From contig JBEKAC010000002.1 of the NCBI GenBank assembly GCA_050018395.1, positions 84,429-148,428 on the forward strand: a stretch of 64,000 nt of DNA, written 5' to 3'. Under the pieces are notes generated by a model, which was given only the letters and a program-made list of their open reading frames with translations, was not told where the DNA came from and made no database searches. Below are positions 45,691-54,886 of the stretch, in pieces (position 1 is the first letter of the stretch; the number at the start of each line of letters is the position of its first letter). The translations under genes and the position numbers were made by a program. The stretch is from Dehalococcoidales bacterium. Its GTDB lineage: Bacteria; Chloroflexota; Dehalococcoidia; Dehalococcoidales; RBG-16-60-22.

Positions 45691-45851
45691 CCTATCCCCC
45701 GGAACAACTTATGTATTATGTCATTTCTTGCCCATATCATAATACTCATAGGCGCAGTGGTCAAATAATCGGTAATAAATCGTCATAATACCCATAGTGT
45801 AGTTACGTTGAAATAGTATCGAATCCGAAGAAGACAGATAGCTTCAGCTTT

Positions 45852-45889
45852 GCGGGACAATTTTCATTCCAAACGTGAAAATTGTCCGC
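45852..45889. promoter_or_regulatory. 13-bp inverted repeat upstream of the HNH gene (operator or stem-loop)
   Basis: GCGGGACAATTTTC-N11-GAAAATTGTCCGC. Confidence 0.35.
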
Positions 45890-45927
45890 AGATTTACACT
45901 CAAGAAAAGAGGGCGTAAGATTAAAGC

Positions 45928-46422
45928 ATGGTAATAAAAAAGGAAACATATTTGAGTTATCTCAAAGCAGCTGAGCCACGCTTTCTTGAGAAGGTAAATA
46001 AACAAGGGCAATTAAAACGCGCTATGACCAGTAGATGTTGGGAGTGGCAAGGTGCAACTGATGGATATTATGGGCAGTTCACTGTAACCGTAAAGGGTAA
46101 ACAACTCGTGAGGTACGCTCACGTTTTTGCATGGTCAATTAAAGGCGGGCCGCTTCCAACTCGGAGTTTTCAACTTCACCATCTTTGTGCCAACAAATTA
46201 TGCGTTAATCCAACCCATATGGTTATGGTATCCCAATCCGGTCATTCGAGACTTCATACCTTCATTTTGATTGCTATATGCCGTAATAGACATGTATTTG
46301 ATGAAGATAATCCTTTGATTGATAGCAAAGGCTATAGACGTTGTCGTGAATGTGCTCGTGAAGCTAAGCTTCATTCCAAAGGAAAATGGAGGAAAAAGTA
46401 TGTCAAGAAAAGCAAAAGCTAG
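45928..46422 (+). CDS. HNH endonuclease (phage-type HNH_3)
   Basis: CWEWQGATDGYYGQF...AHVFAW...LHHLCANKLCVNPTHM. Confidence 0.8.
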   Translation: MVIKKETYLSYLKAAEPRFLEKVNKQGQLKRAMTSRCWEWQGATDGYYGQFTVTVKGKQLVRYAHVFAWSIKGGPLPTRSFQLHHLCANKLCVNPTHMVMVSQSGHSRLHTFILIAICRNRHVFDEDNPLIDSKGYRRCRECAREAKLHSKGKWRKKYVKKSKS

Positions 46423-46837
46423 GTTACTTTATTCGACAATAAGCTCTAGTGAACGGGTGTCCGAATTGGGGGCCGCAGGTGCACTTATTTACACTTGGCT
46501 ATTGACTCATTGTGACGACCAGGGTCGTTATGCTGGCAGCGCTAAAAAGGTAAAGGCCGAGGTCGTGCCCCTGATTGACGACATAGTTTCTAAGGATATA
46601 GAGACGGCACTAGTGGCGATGGAGGAAAACAAGCTCATAATCCGCTATAACGATGATAAGACGCAGCTAATACAAATAGCTGATTGGTGGGAGTTTCAGT
46701 CCGGTCTGCGCTTTACGAGTGCCAGCCGTTACCCGACTCCGGAAGGCTGGAAAGATAGGATTAAGTTACAACCGGAGAGAGATACGATGGGCAAGTTCCG
46801 CTATGTTGACACTGACACCGGGGAAATAAAAGATTAA
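46400..46837 (+). CDS. Hypothetical protein, possibly a replisome-organiser/replication-initiator-like winged-helix protein
   Basis: GGAGGAAAAAGT RBS before ATG 46400. The LLYSTISSSERVSELGAAGALIYTWLLTHCDDQGRY...IQIADWWEFQ pattern resembles phage replication-organiser N-termini (weak, from memory). An iteron-like field lies immediately downstream. Confidence 0.4.
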   Translation: MSRKAKARLLYSTISSSERVSELGAAGALIYTWLLTHCDDQGRYAGSAKKVKAEVVPLIDDIVSKDIETALVAMEENKLIIRYNDDKTQLIQIADWWEFQSGLRFTSASRYPTPEGWKDRIKLQPERDTMGKFRYVDTDTGEIKD

Positions 46838-46860
46838 AGCAGCATCGGAGGCGGGCAACA

Positions 46861-47150
46861 CCGAGTAATCCGAGTAACGATTTCCAAACTAAGGATGAAA
46901 AGGGTGCTGAAGCCGCTGAAAGTTTCAAAGCTAAATATTAAGACGGCTGAAGGCGGCGAACGAGGCGAACAAAAACAAAGCTATGAGCAATTAACACGAT
47001 TAATAAAAATAAGCATGGACGTCGAACAGCGTCGAACACGTCGAACAATTCCAAAGCTAAAAAAGATGGGCGGCTAAAGGTGGCCAATAAAAACAAAGCT
47101 AACGGGCTAAAAGAGGCTACATCGGCTACAAATTCTAAAGCTAACGCCCG
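46861..47150. repeat. Iteron-like field of short direct repeats (candidate replication origin)
   Basis: CCGAGTAA x2, GGCGAAC x2, GTCGAACA x3 and CAAAGCTAA-like x5 (46926, 46976, 47052, 47093, 47136). Confidence 0.5.
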
Positions 47151-47511
47151 GTGAAGGCCCATGCCGCGCCTATCTTCAAATGTTGCGACAGCCTGCCGTT
47201 ATCGGAGGGAAGAGAAGTAGAAGGGAAGTAGAAGAGAATTAGAAATAGAAGATATTAGGGTGCTCTTATTAATAATCTCTCCTGTCCAGCCAATAGCGAC
47301 CAGCCCCACAGCTCCATAGCTTTTAGTGCTCGTCCAGCGCCGCCCGCGGGGGCGGAGTTTCGGCATCAGATAAATTAAAGCCCCATAGCCATAGCCTGAA
47401 CGCCGGGCGCGCACCGTTCCGGTAAATGTTCGCTACGCTATCACTGGACGGCTGTGATAAAGAAATGGTAAACTCTGCTACCTTCTACATGGTTTAAGCA
47501 GGGGGATTAAA

Positions 47512-47958
47512 ATGGAAGTAATGGTTATTCACGAAGGGAACGTTAAACCTCACTCAGAGCTTGGAGTTTTTAATGTAGATTATGTTGAAAAGAATCCAGA
47601 GGGTTATATTTTCTTTTTAACTCCAACTGAGTTTTTTCAGCTTACTGAAATGTATGTGAAAATGGGAACTATGATAACCCGGAAGCTTGAAGTAAAGGAA
47701 TTACCTCCAGAATGGGATAATCGTGGGATTTTAACTGGCTTAGCCGCATCCTTCAATATAATAGCTGTTGAAACGGCACGAAAAAACGGTGTTGCTAATC
47801 ATTATATGATGGGCTCATTAACACCTAATATGCTTGGCAAGGACATGTACGTTGCCTTTTTATCTAGTAAAAAAGATATGCAAAAAAGAGCTAACGAGGT
47901 TTTACGTCAGCTTAAAGATTGGTATAGCCACCAAACGAGCAAACCCTCAGACAATTAG
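47512..47958 (+). CDS. Hypothetical protein (148 aa)
   Basis: GGGGGA RBS region before the ATG. No family recognised. Confidence 0.5.
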   Translation: MEVMVIHEGNVKPHSELGVFNVDYVEKNPEGYIFFLTPTEFFQLTEMYVKMGTMITRKLEVKELPPEWDNRGILTGLAASFNIIAVETARKNGVANHYMMGSLTPNMLGKDMYVAFLSSKKDMQKRANEVLRQLKDWYSHQTSKPSDN

Positions 47959-48461
47959 TCCATCCTGAAGACCCCCACAATCCAAATCGGGGTCGAAAAC
48001 CATCTCCATTCATAGTTTTACTCGCGGCCAGCATTCTTAGCTAGGTTATGACCTACAGAGCCACTGTCATCCACCACAATGGAAGACTACGATAACCAAG
48101 CGTAGAGGTAGGGTATCCCCGGCCTTCTTACTCCCCCCGCCGCCCCCAGGCAATAAAACCCCTACGCAGAGTCTACATAAGTTTGGTTTTTGTACGCCCC
48201 TCCTTTCATAGCTAAGTCGTGTGTAAAGCCCCCGGCTTTTACGCAAGCCTGCAAAATCATGGAGGCGTATGGGTATTTTGGGAGGGGAGTGCTCGTCTTG
48301 GGGAAATTCAGCTTTGGGTCAGGTAGCAATTAATCGGATAAATCAGAGGTAATTCAAGGCATTTAACTGGTAATCATCCGCTAATAACAGACTCTCAAAT
48401 ATATTGAGAAAAGAATCACAGGCTCGAAATTTTGGAACGTGGGGGTCGTGGGGAGTGTTCA

Positions 48462-48836
48462 CTAATAGCGGACGAGCCCTGTATATCGCAATGTTTTACC
48501 TGTGGCTGGGTCTACATAACTTAGCTTCCAGCGTGTTCCCCTCTCTACTAATGGTAATGTAAGGGATTGTGAACGATTCTCCTCTAAACCGGATAAGCGC
48601 TCTCTTTTTTTACCTAACTTTAGATAAGCCTTTTGTACCTCGCCAACCGTGCTTAGATTGCATATGGTTTGCTCATTTGTTTTGTACCAGCCTACTATTA
48701 TGCCCGGTTCATCTCCACCAACAGCTATCTCTAAATTACGCGAACTTCGCAGGGCTAGGAATGCCACAACCAACGCAGCCATCCCGAGCACTAAAGTAAT
48801 GATGAATTGCCAGTTTTGAACAATATAATCTATCAT
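48462..48836 (-). CDS. Hypothetical membrane-anchored protein (124 aa)
   Basis: One N-terminal TM helix (FIITLVLGMAALVVAFLAL). AGGAG RBS. Confidence 0.5.
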   Translation of the reverse strand: MIDYIVQNWQFIITLVLGMAALVVAFLALRSSRNLEIAVGGDEPGIIVGWYKTNEQTICNLSTVGEVQKAYLKLGKKRERLSGLEENRSQSLTLPLVERGTRWKLSYVDPATGKTLRYTGLVRY

Positions 48837-48981
48837 TAGCTATTACTCCTTAATAATCAACTTTATTACCCTTTGAATGGGTCTTCAAGAATCATAATAT
48901 TATATAACATTAGCCACTTTATATTGTGGTATAATACCCCTACGACTTTAAAGGTCAAGTACACGACTAAAGGAGGGGAAC

Positions 48982-49233
48982 ATGCCAGAGATTAGAGACT
49001 CATTTGAGCAATTGGTTGAGTATAAAGCCAGAAGGATGTTGGGTAAAGTCAAATATCAGACCTACCTTAGAAATTTACTTAACGAGTTGGAAATAAAGTC
49101 ACCCGAAGAAGCTTTTTTAGCTGGTGCAATAGATGCGATGATATATGACGTGGGCTTAAACTTAGGACAAGCCTATGCCAGACACACGATGCGAAAAACA
49201 CTTGTTGAAAAGATATTCAGAGCAGTTAAGTAA
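48982..49233 (+). CDS. Hypothetical protein (83 aa)
   Basis: AAGGAGGGG RBS before the ATG. Confidence 0.5.
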   Translation: MPEIRDSFEQLVEYKARRMLGKVKYQTYLRNLLNELEIKSPEEAFLAGAIDAMIYDVGLNLGQAYARHTMRKTLVEKIFRAVK

Positions 49234-49282
49234 AAAGCAAGCCCCCGGATATTAACAGTCTAAGGGCTTTAGGAGTATTAGC

Positions 49283-49450
49283 ATGGCGGCAAAAGGATGC
49301 CCGGTAAAGTTCCCGATGAAGTGTAGGGATTGCCCCCTCTCTTTACAAGATAGGTTAGCTAGGTGTAGCTGGTATAGAAACCTTAGAGACAGGTATATAG
49401 GTATTAATCCGAGAGGTTGGCATTCCAGATTTTTCAATCTTCCGCAATAG
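49283..49450 (+). CDS. Small Cys-rich ORF (55 aa), below the ORF-track cutoff
   Basis: AGGAG RBS 9 nt before ATG 49283. Translates to MAAKGCPVKFPMKCRDCPLSLQDRLARCSWY.... Confidence 0.3.
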   Translation: MAAKGCPVKFPMKCRDCPLSLQDRLARCSWYRNLRDRYIGINPRGWHSRFFNLPQ

Positions 49451-49555
49451 CTAACCCAAACAATAAGCCCCGAACTGTATCGTCCGGGGTCTATCGTAAA
49501 TCCGCTTACCGGGCCGGGTTAACTAACTATCGCAGTGTAAAACATCATGCTATCC

Positions 49556-50599
49556 TTAAACTTCACCGACCTCGTATAGTGTTCCACCATCGCTATAGAC
49601 TCCCACCTGCCCAGCCGCTTGGATAGGACTGGCAAACGGGCTGTATCTCCTGTGTGTGTCGTGTATTTCCTCTTTATCTATGTGCGTGTAGATGTCAGCA
49701 GTAATGGCGATGGAGGCATGACCCAAGAGCCTGCTTACCACTTCCAATCGTGCCCCATTCCTGAGGCTTTGCGTGGCAAAGTAGTGCCTGAGAGCATGTG
49801 GGGTAAATGGCTTGACTCCGCATCGTTTGCATTGTCGCTTGAAGGTCTTTTCAAAGCTGCGTTCGTCCAGGTAGCCTGTAGGGTTATTGGCCGGGAATAA
49901 CCAATCGCTATGTCCGTCACGCTCAATCCATGCCTTTAGCACTTGTGCCACATAGGGTGATGTGGGGACAGTCCTTGGTTTTCTGCCCTTTCCCATCACC
50001 CTGATTTCCAGGCTATCGAAGTTGACGTCAGACTTTTTAATTGAGCAAGCCTCGCCCAGCCGTAAGCCGGTATTTGCCAGCAGCAGGCTCATAGTTCTGA
50101 ATTGCTGAGTATCGCTGCCATGCCAGCATTTGCTTTTCAGAACTTTGTCAATGTCATCCTTTGTAGGCAACTCCCGCTCGCCGTAAGTAACCCTAAATGA
50201 CTGTAAGCTGGCGGTCGGGTCAGCGGGTATTAAACCAGCTCCGCAAAGGAACTTGAAAAACGAGCGCAGGGCTTTGCGTTCACTGGATACCCTGGCGGGA
50301 CTTACCTCGTCAAATCTTTTAGCTATGTAGCCCTCGATGCTCAGCCGGGTAGGATGGGGGTCATGTTTGAGATAGCGCCTGACATCCTGTTCGTAGCCCC
50401 TAACTGTTCTATCTGCTTGTCGCTTGGCCTTCAAGTTTGCCACCCACAAGAGTACGCCTTCGTCTAGATTCTGTAAACCTGTTGAAGCTGTAGGTGCTAC
50501 CTTGTTTCCATCAGCCAAGCCCTGAAAAAGGTTTGCCAGCATTTGCTGGGCCAATTGCTGTGCGAGTGCTTGAACTTGAGGGTCTACACGTGATGGCAA
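49556..50599 (-). CDS. Tyrosine-type site-specific integrase
   Basis: SAM-like N-domain, then RLGEAC (Arg), HALRHYFAT (HxxR) and LLGHASIAITADIYTH (catalytic Tyr). TTG start. Adjacent to the tRNA target. Confidence 0.9.
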   Translation of the reverse strand: MPSRVDPQVQALAQQLAQQMLANLFQGLADGNKVAPTASTGLQNLDEGVLLWVANLKAKRQADRTVRGYEQDVRRYLKHDPHPTRLSIEGYIAKRFDEVSPARVSSERKALRSFFKFLCGAGLIPADPTASLQSFRVTYGERELPTKDDIDKVLKSKCWHGSDTQQFRTMSLLLANTGLRLGEACSIKKSDVNFDSLEIRVMGKGRKPRTVPTSPYVAQVLKAWIERDGHSDWLFPANNPTGYLDERSFEKTFKRQCKRCGVKPFTPHALRHYFATQSLRNGARLEVVSRLLGHASIAITADIYTHIDKEEIHDTHRRYSPFASPIQAAGQVGVYSDGGTLYEVGEV

Positions 50600-50663
50600 A
50601 GAAAAAGCCCGCTTTTGAGAGCTTGGATTAGTATCCGATAGCTTAAGCGGGCTATTTGGTTCT

Positions 50664-50738
<75 letters not shown>

Positions 50739-50875
50739 TCGAGACGCATTTTTAAGTATATTCCCTTTAAGACGGGGGTGTCAAGCATGGGGTGAAGTAT
50801 TTGTCTTAACCCCACCCCGCTATCTTTCGCGGATTTTACCCTGAATGAAGTGTGAGGGCTCCAGAATGACTTCTG

Positions 50876-51742
50876 TTACTTGGGCTGTTGAGCGGCCAGG
50901 GCGGCGGCGCGCTTGCGGTGGTCTTCCAGGTAGCGCCGGGCGAACCTGTCGCGGCCGAGGACAAGGTCGGCGGAAAGCACGGCCGGGAGCACTTTAGCCG
51001 CATCGGCGATCAGGGCGGTGCCGCCGGCTTCGATGACCATCGCCATCCAGGCGTTATTCAATATCAGCCGGTCCGGCATCCCGAACGAGATATTGCTGGC
51101 GCCCATCGTCATGTTCAGGCCAAGTTCGGTACGTATCTGGCGCAGGGCATTAAGGACGTCTTTGGCCGCCTTGGGCTCGGCGCCGATAGCATACGTCATA
51201 ACGTCGATAACCAGGTCTTCCCTGGGCACGCCCATTTTCTCACAGGCCTCGACAATCTTATAGGTCACGGCCACGCGGCGTTCGGTACTCTTGGGGATGC
51301 CCTCGTCGTCCTGGGCCAGTCCGATGACCGCGGCGCCGTACTCTTTGATCAGCGGCAGGACGCGGTCCAGGCGTTTCTTCTCGCCGCTGATGGAATTGAC
51401 CAGCGGTTTGCCCTTATAGACCTTCAGGCCGGCTTCCAGGGCGTCCGGATTGGGGCTATCGATACAGATGGGCACGTCCACCGTGTCCATGATGATTTTG
51501 ATAGCTTCGGGCAGGAGTTTGACGTCATTCACGCCCGCCGCGTTGACGTTGCAGTCCAGGATGGTGGCCCCGGCAGCGACCTGCTCTAGGGCTTCCTTCC
51601 TGACGATAGCCAGGTCGCCGGCCTTGAGCGCTTCGGCCATTTTCTTCTTGCCGGTGGGATTGATGCGCTCGCCGATGATGACCGTTGGCCGGTCGTAAGA
51701 AATAATGACTTCTTTAGTCGGGGTAGATACCTTCGTTTCCAT
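50876..51742 (-). CDS. Pterin-binding methyltetrahydrofolate:corrinoid methyltransferase (MtrH/AcsE/MetH-pterin-domain-like)
   Basis: VIIGERINPTGKKK...ILDCNV...PICIDSPN...NSISGE pattern of DHPS-like pterin-binding barrels. 18 nt downstream of paralogue A. Confidence 0.8.
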   Translation of the reverse strand: METKVSTPTKEVIISYDRPTVIIGERINPTGKKKMAEALKAGDLAIVRKEALEQVAAGATILDCNVNAAGVNDVKLLPEAIKIIMDTVDVPICIDSPNPDALEAGLKVYKGKPLVNSISGEKKRLDRVLPLIKEYGAAVIGLAQDDEGIPKSTERRVAVTYKIVEACEKMGVPREDLVIDVMTYAIGAEPKAAKDVLNALRQIRTELGLNMTMGASNISFGMPDRLILNNAWMAMVIEAGGTALIADAAKVLPAVLSADLVLGRDRFARRYLEDHRKRAAALAAQQPK

Positions 51743-51760
51743 GTTTTTACTCCTATATTT

Positions 51761-53095
51761 TTAATAAACGCCGTATTCTTTAACGGCCTCCATCATCACC
51801 CGCAGAACAGCGGGGTTGCCTTCATTCATGCTGGCCGCCCCGGTCAGTATGTAGCCGCCGCCCGGCGCACAGGTCTCGATGAGCTTTTTGCAGTATTCTT
51901 TCACTTCTTTCGGGGTCTTGGTATGCAGCACCGACGAAGGCACATTACCGGCGATGCAGGCCACACCGCCGAGGACTTTTTTCGCCCGCGCCATGTCGAT
52001 ATCCTCAAAGCTCCACAATATCGCGCTTTTGGGCATTTCCTTGATGACGTCAAGGCGCGCGCCGTATCTGCCCTCGGCGAAGGGGTAAGGCACCAGACCG
52101 GCTTCGATCTGGCCCATGAGCACACGCCGGTAGGTAGGCCAGTAGAACGTTTCGAACTGTTTGGGGGACATAAAGCTTTCGTCGCCTTTGTGCAGTGGCA
52201 TGAAGCAGAACGGGCACCCGGTGATATCAGCCACGGCAATCGAGCCCTTGATGATGTTGGGGACGACGGCCTCCATTGCTTCGTGCAGCCTTTCCGGCTG
52301 GCGGTACATATCCATGACCATGCCTTGAGTGCCGCGCAGCATATCGGCGACGTTATCGAAGGGAGCGCCGCCCATGCCGCCGCCGCGCAGGTTAGGGATG
52401 CCCGCCGCCAGCGACGCCAGGTTGACTTCCGTCACGACCTGCTGCCACTTGCGGACCTCTTTGCCGGCCTCGATCATCGTTTTAAAAGCGGCCTCGACGT
52501 CCGGCGCGGCCATGGCCGCGTAAAACATCAGGGGCGGGCCCATCATGCCGGTCATTTGCGGCAGCTTTTGCAGCGGCTCCAAAGCCCCGACGGACCGCGG
52601 CAGGAGGAACCGCCACCAGAAATCCGCCGGGTTGCTGAGGAGCAGGGGATACTCGTCGGCCTTCATATAGTCTTTTTCCACGTATTGATATAAAGGAGCG
52701 CTATCCGGCAGGCCGTGTCCCGGCCACTTGTGGAGGCGGTGGTCGGTAATATCCAGCGCCTTACCGGGGAAAACGAGGCTGGGACCGGTGTAGGCGTCCA
52801 TATCAAATTCCGCGATGAATTTAAGGTATGCCTGCTTCAATTTAGCGTAGTCATACATGACTTCCTTGAGATTGAAGCCGGCATAATAGGCGGGGAAAAA
52901 GCCGGAGGGCAGCATGCAGGGTACGCGGTCCGGCTCTTCCAGTTTAACAGCCTTGATAAAGCGGGTCGTCCGCTCTTGATGGAGCTTTTCCGCGGCCTGG
53001 CTACTGAACTTGATGCCCGGGTTTTGCCAGCGCTTAAAGCGTTCTTCGCGCTTTTGCTGCCAGGTAAGGTTTTCCCAGTTAGCTATGCCTTCCAT
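51761..53095 (-). CDS. URO-D-superfamily corrinoid-dependent methyltransferase, paralogue A of 7
   Basis: 444 aa. LTWQQKREERFKRW N-terminus, EEPDRVPCMLP, MPLHKGDESFMS and C-terminal GGGYILTGAA...EYGVY. Confidence 0.75.
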   Translation of the reverse strand: MEGIANWENLTWQQKREERFKRWQNPGIKFSSQAAEKLHQERTTRFIKAVKLEEPDRVPCMLPSGFFPAYYAGFNLKEVMYDYAKLKQAYLKFIAEFDMDAYTGPSLVFPGKALDITDHRLHKWPGHGLPDSAPLYQYVEKDYMKADEYPLLLSNPADFWWRFLLPRSVGALEPLQKLPQMTGMMGPPLMFYAAMAAPDVEAAFKTMIEAGKEVRKWQQVVTEVNLASLAAGIPNLRGGGMGGAPFDNVADMLRGTQGMVMDMYRQPERLHEAMEAVVPNIIKGSIAVADITGCPFCFMPLHKGDESFMSPKQFETFYWPTYRRVLMGQIEAGLVPYPFAEGRYGARLDVIKEMPKSAILWSFEDIDMARAKKVLGGVACIAGNVPSSVLHTKTPKEVKEYCKKLIETCAPGGGYILTGAASMNEGNPAVLRVMMEAVKEYGVY

Positions 53096-53201
53096 AAGTT
53101 TACCCTCTTATTATCCATCAAAATACTATTCTACGCCATCCGCTGAAATGCTGAATAACTAAACTCAAAAGTCAAAACTTAAAGCTGAAATATTAGTATT
53201 T

Positions 53202-53305
53202 GTCATTGCGAGGAGCGTAGCGACGTGGCAATCTCTTTTTTCGTCTTACAGCAACCATGGGGATTGCCGCGCCTCCCGACTGTGGTCGGGATGGCTCGCA
53301 ATGAC
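53202..53305. repeat. MITE-like long imperfect palindrome (GTCATTGCGAGGAGC ... GCTCGCAATGAC family)
   Basis: gtcattgcgaggagcgtagcgacgtggcaatc ... gattgccgcgcctcccgactgtggtcgggatggctcgcaatgac. A related copy is at 57772-57887. Confidence 0.75.
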
Positions 53306-53313
53306 AGTGAAAA

Positions 53314-54648
53314 CTAGTATTTCCCGTATTCCTCCGCCGCCTCGATCATGGCGTGCAGGTTGGCCGGGTCGCATTTACTGATGCTGGAGGCTCCGGCTAA
53401 AATATAGCCCCCGCCCCGCCCACAGGTCTCGATAAGCTTGCGGCAGGCTTCCTTGACGATTTTGGGCGTGCTGGTGGCGATAAGGGAGGACGGCACGTTG
53501 CCGGAGATGCAGGCGGTACCGCCGAGGATTTGCTTGGCTTTGGCCATGTCCATCACTTCAAAATACCACACGATGCCGGACCGGGGCATGTCTTTGATGA
53601 TATCCAGCCGGGGCTCGTAGTTGCCTTCGGCGAAGGGCATGGGTACGAGGCCTTCGTTGATCATGCCGAGCAACACCTGCTTGAAGGTAGGCCAGTAAAA
53701 CTCCTCGAACTGTTTGGGAGACATGAAGGATTTATCGCCCTTATGCAGGGGCATGGAAACCACCGGGCTTAACGATGCGTCGGTGCCTTTCACGGCCAGT
53801 TTCACGATGATGGGCACCAGGCGCTCCATGGCTTCTTTAATTTTTTGCGGCTGGCGGTACATGTCCATGACGATGCCCTGCGTTCCCCGCAGAACATCGG
53901 ACACATTATCGAAAGGCGCCCCGCCCATCCCCCCGCCGAAAGAAGCCAGCCCCGCCGCCAGCGCCTCGCGGTTTACGGCGCCGACGGCGTCACGCCACTG
54001 CACCATCTCTTTGCCGGCGGCTATCAACGTTTCAAAGGCTTTTTGCACGTCCGGCCGGGAGAAAGACATCACCCAGCCGAGCGGGTTGGTGAGAACGGGG
54101 TTGAAGGGGGCTAAATACTGGAACGGCTCCAGGGCTCCGGCGGTGCGGGGCAGGAACGTATGCATCCAGTATTCAGTGGGGTTTTCCATGAATTCGCCGT
54201 ACTCTTCCGGCTTCATGTAAACGCCCTCGACGAACTGGTACATGGGGGCGTTATCCGGCAGGCCGTGGCCCGGCCATTTATGGAGCTTGTGCCCGATTAT
54301 CTCGATAACGCGGCCGGGGTAAACCAGGCCGGGGCTGGCGAAGCTGTCCGCCGGGAAATCCCGGTTGAATTTCCGCCAGGCCTCGGAAAGCTTTTTATAA
54401 TCGTACATCACTTCCTTGAGCGAATAGCCGGCGTAAACGGCGGGGTAATAGCCGGTGGGGAGCATGACCGGCACGCGGTCCGGCTCCTCCAGCTTGATAA
54501 CTTTGATAAAGCGCGTGACCCGTTCCCGGTATTTCTTTTTAGCTTCCGGGCTATTGAACTCGACACCGGGGGCGTCGAGCCATTTTTTAAAGCGCGCCTC
54601 CCGCTTTTCCTGCCAGGTAAGGTTTGACCAATTTGCTACGCCTTCCAT
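53314..54648 (-). CDS. URO-D-superfamily corrinoid-dependent methyltransferase, paralogue B of 7
   Basis: 444 aa. Same conserved blocks (LTWQEKREARFKKW, EEPDRVPVMLP, MPLHKGDKSFMS, GGGYILAGAS). Confidence 0.75.
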   Translation of the reverse strand: MEGVANWSNLTWQEKREARFKKWLDAPGVEFNSPEAKKKYRERVTRFIKVIKLEEPDRVPVMLPTGYYPAVYAGYSLKEVMYDYKKLSEAWRKFNRDFPADSFASPGLVYPGRVIEIIGHKLHKWPGHGLPDNAPMYQFVEGVYMKPEEYGEFMENPTEYWMHTFLPRTAGALEPFQYLAPFNPVLTNPLGWVMSFSRPDVQKAFETLIAAGKEMVQWRDAVGAVNREALAAGLASFGGGMGGAPFDNVSDVLRGTQGIVMDMYRQPQKIKEAMERLVPIIVKLAVKGTDASLSPVVSMPLHKGDKSFMSPKQFEEFYWPTFKQVLLGMINEGLVPMPFAEGNYEPRLDIIKDMPRSGIVWYFEVMDMAKAKQILGGTACISGNVPSSLIATSTPKIVKEACRKLIETCGRGGGYILAGASSISKCDPANLHAMIEAAEEYGKY

Positions 54649-54670
54649 CGGTCACCTCCGGTGACAAATT

Positions 54671-54698
54671 CCAATAACCAAGATACAATAACCAAATC
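54671..54698. repeat. W motif (CCAATAACCAAGATACAATAACCAA) just upstream of the paralogue B start
   Basis: Read directly. Related copies are at 56265-56286, 59244-59283 and 60831-60893. Confidence 0.75.
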
Positions 54699-54886
54699 AA
54701 AAGTCAAAAATCAAATCTCAAAGACACAGATAAAAAAGGAAAAAATATTTGATCTTTGGTTGCGCCAGCAATATATTTTTAATCTCACCTTTTATTTATA
54801 AGTTATGTTTTTGATTTTTGTGCCGATTCCTCAACGTCATGCGGCATCCCGAGTGCTATCGGGAAGTTTTGAGATTTGATTTTTAG

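Noticed and set aside
47199-47414. 71-aa minus-strand ORF in the purine-rich repeat region of the island
   Set aside because: It has no RBS. The sequence is dominated by simple repeats and Arg/Gly-rich translation.
51923-52693. Long plus-strand ORFs across every methyltransferase paralogue (for example 51923-52693, 54160-54627, 56346-57143, 59487-60077, 60884-61555)
   Set aside because: All are antisense to the conserved URO-D-family genes. They are not conserved among the paralogues at the protein level, and their composition is typical of reverse frames.
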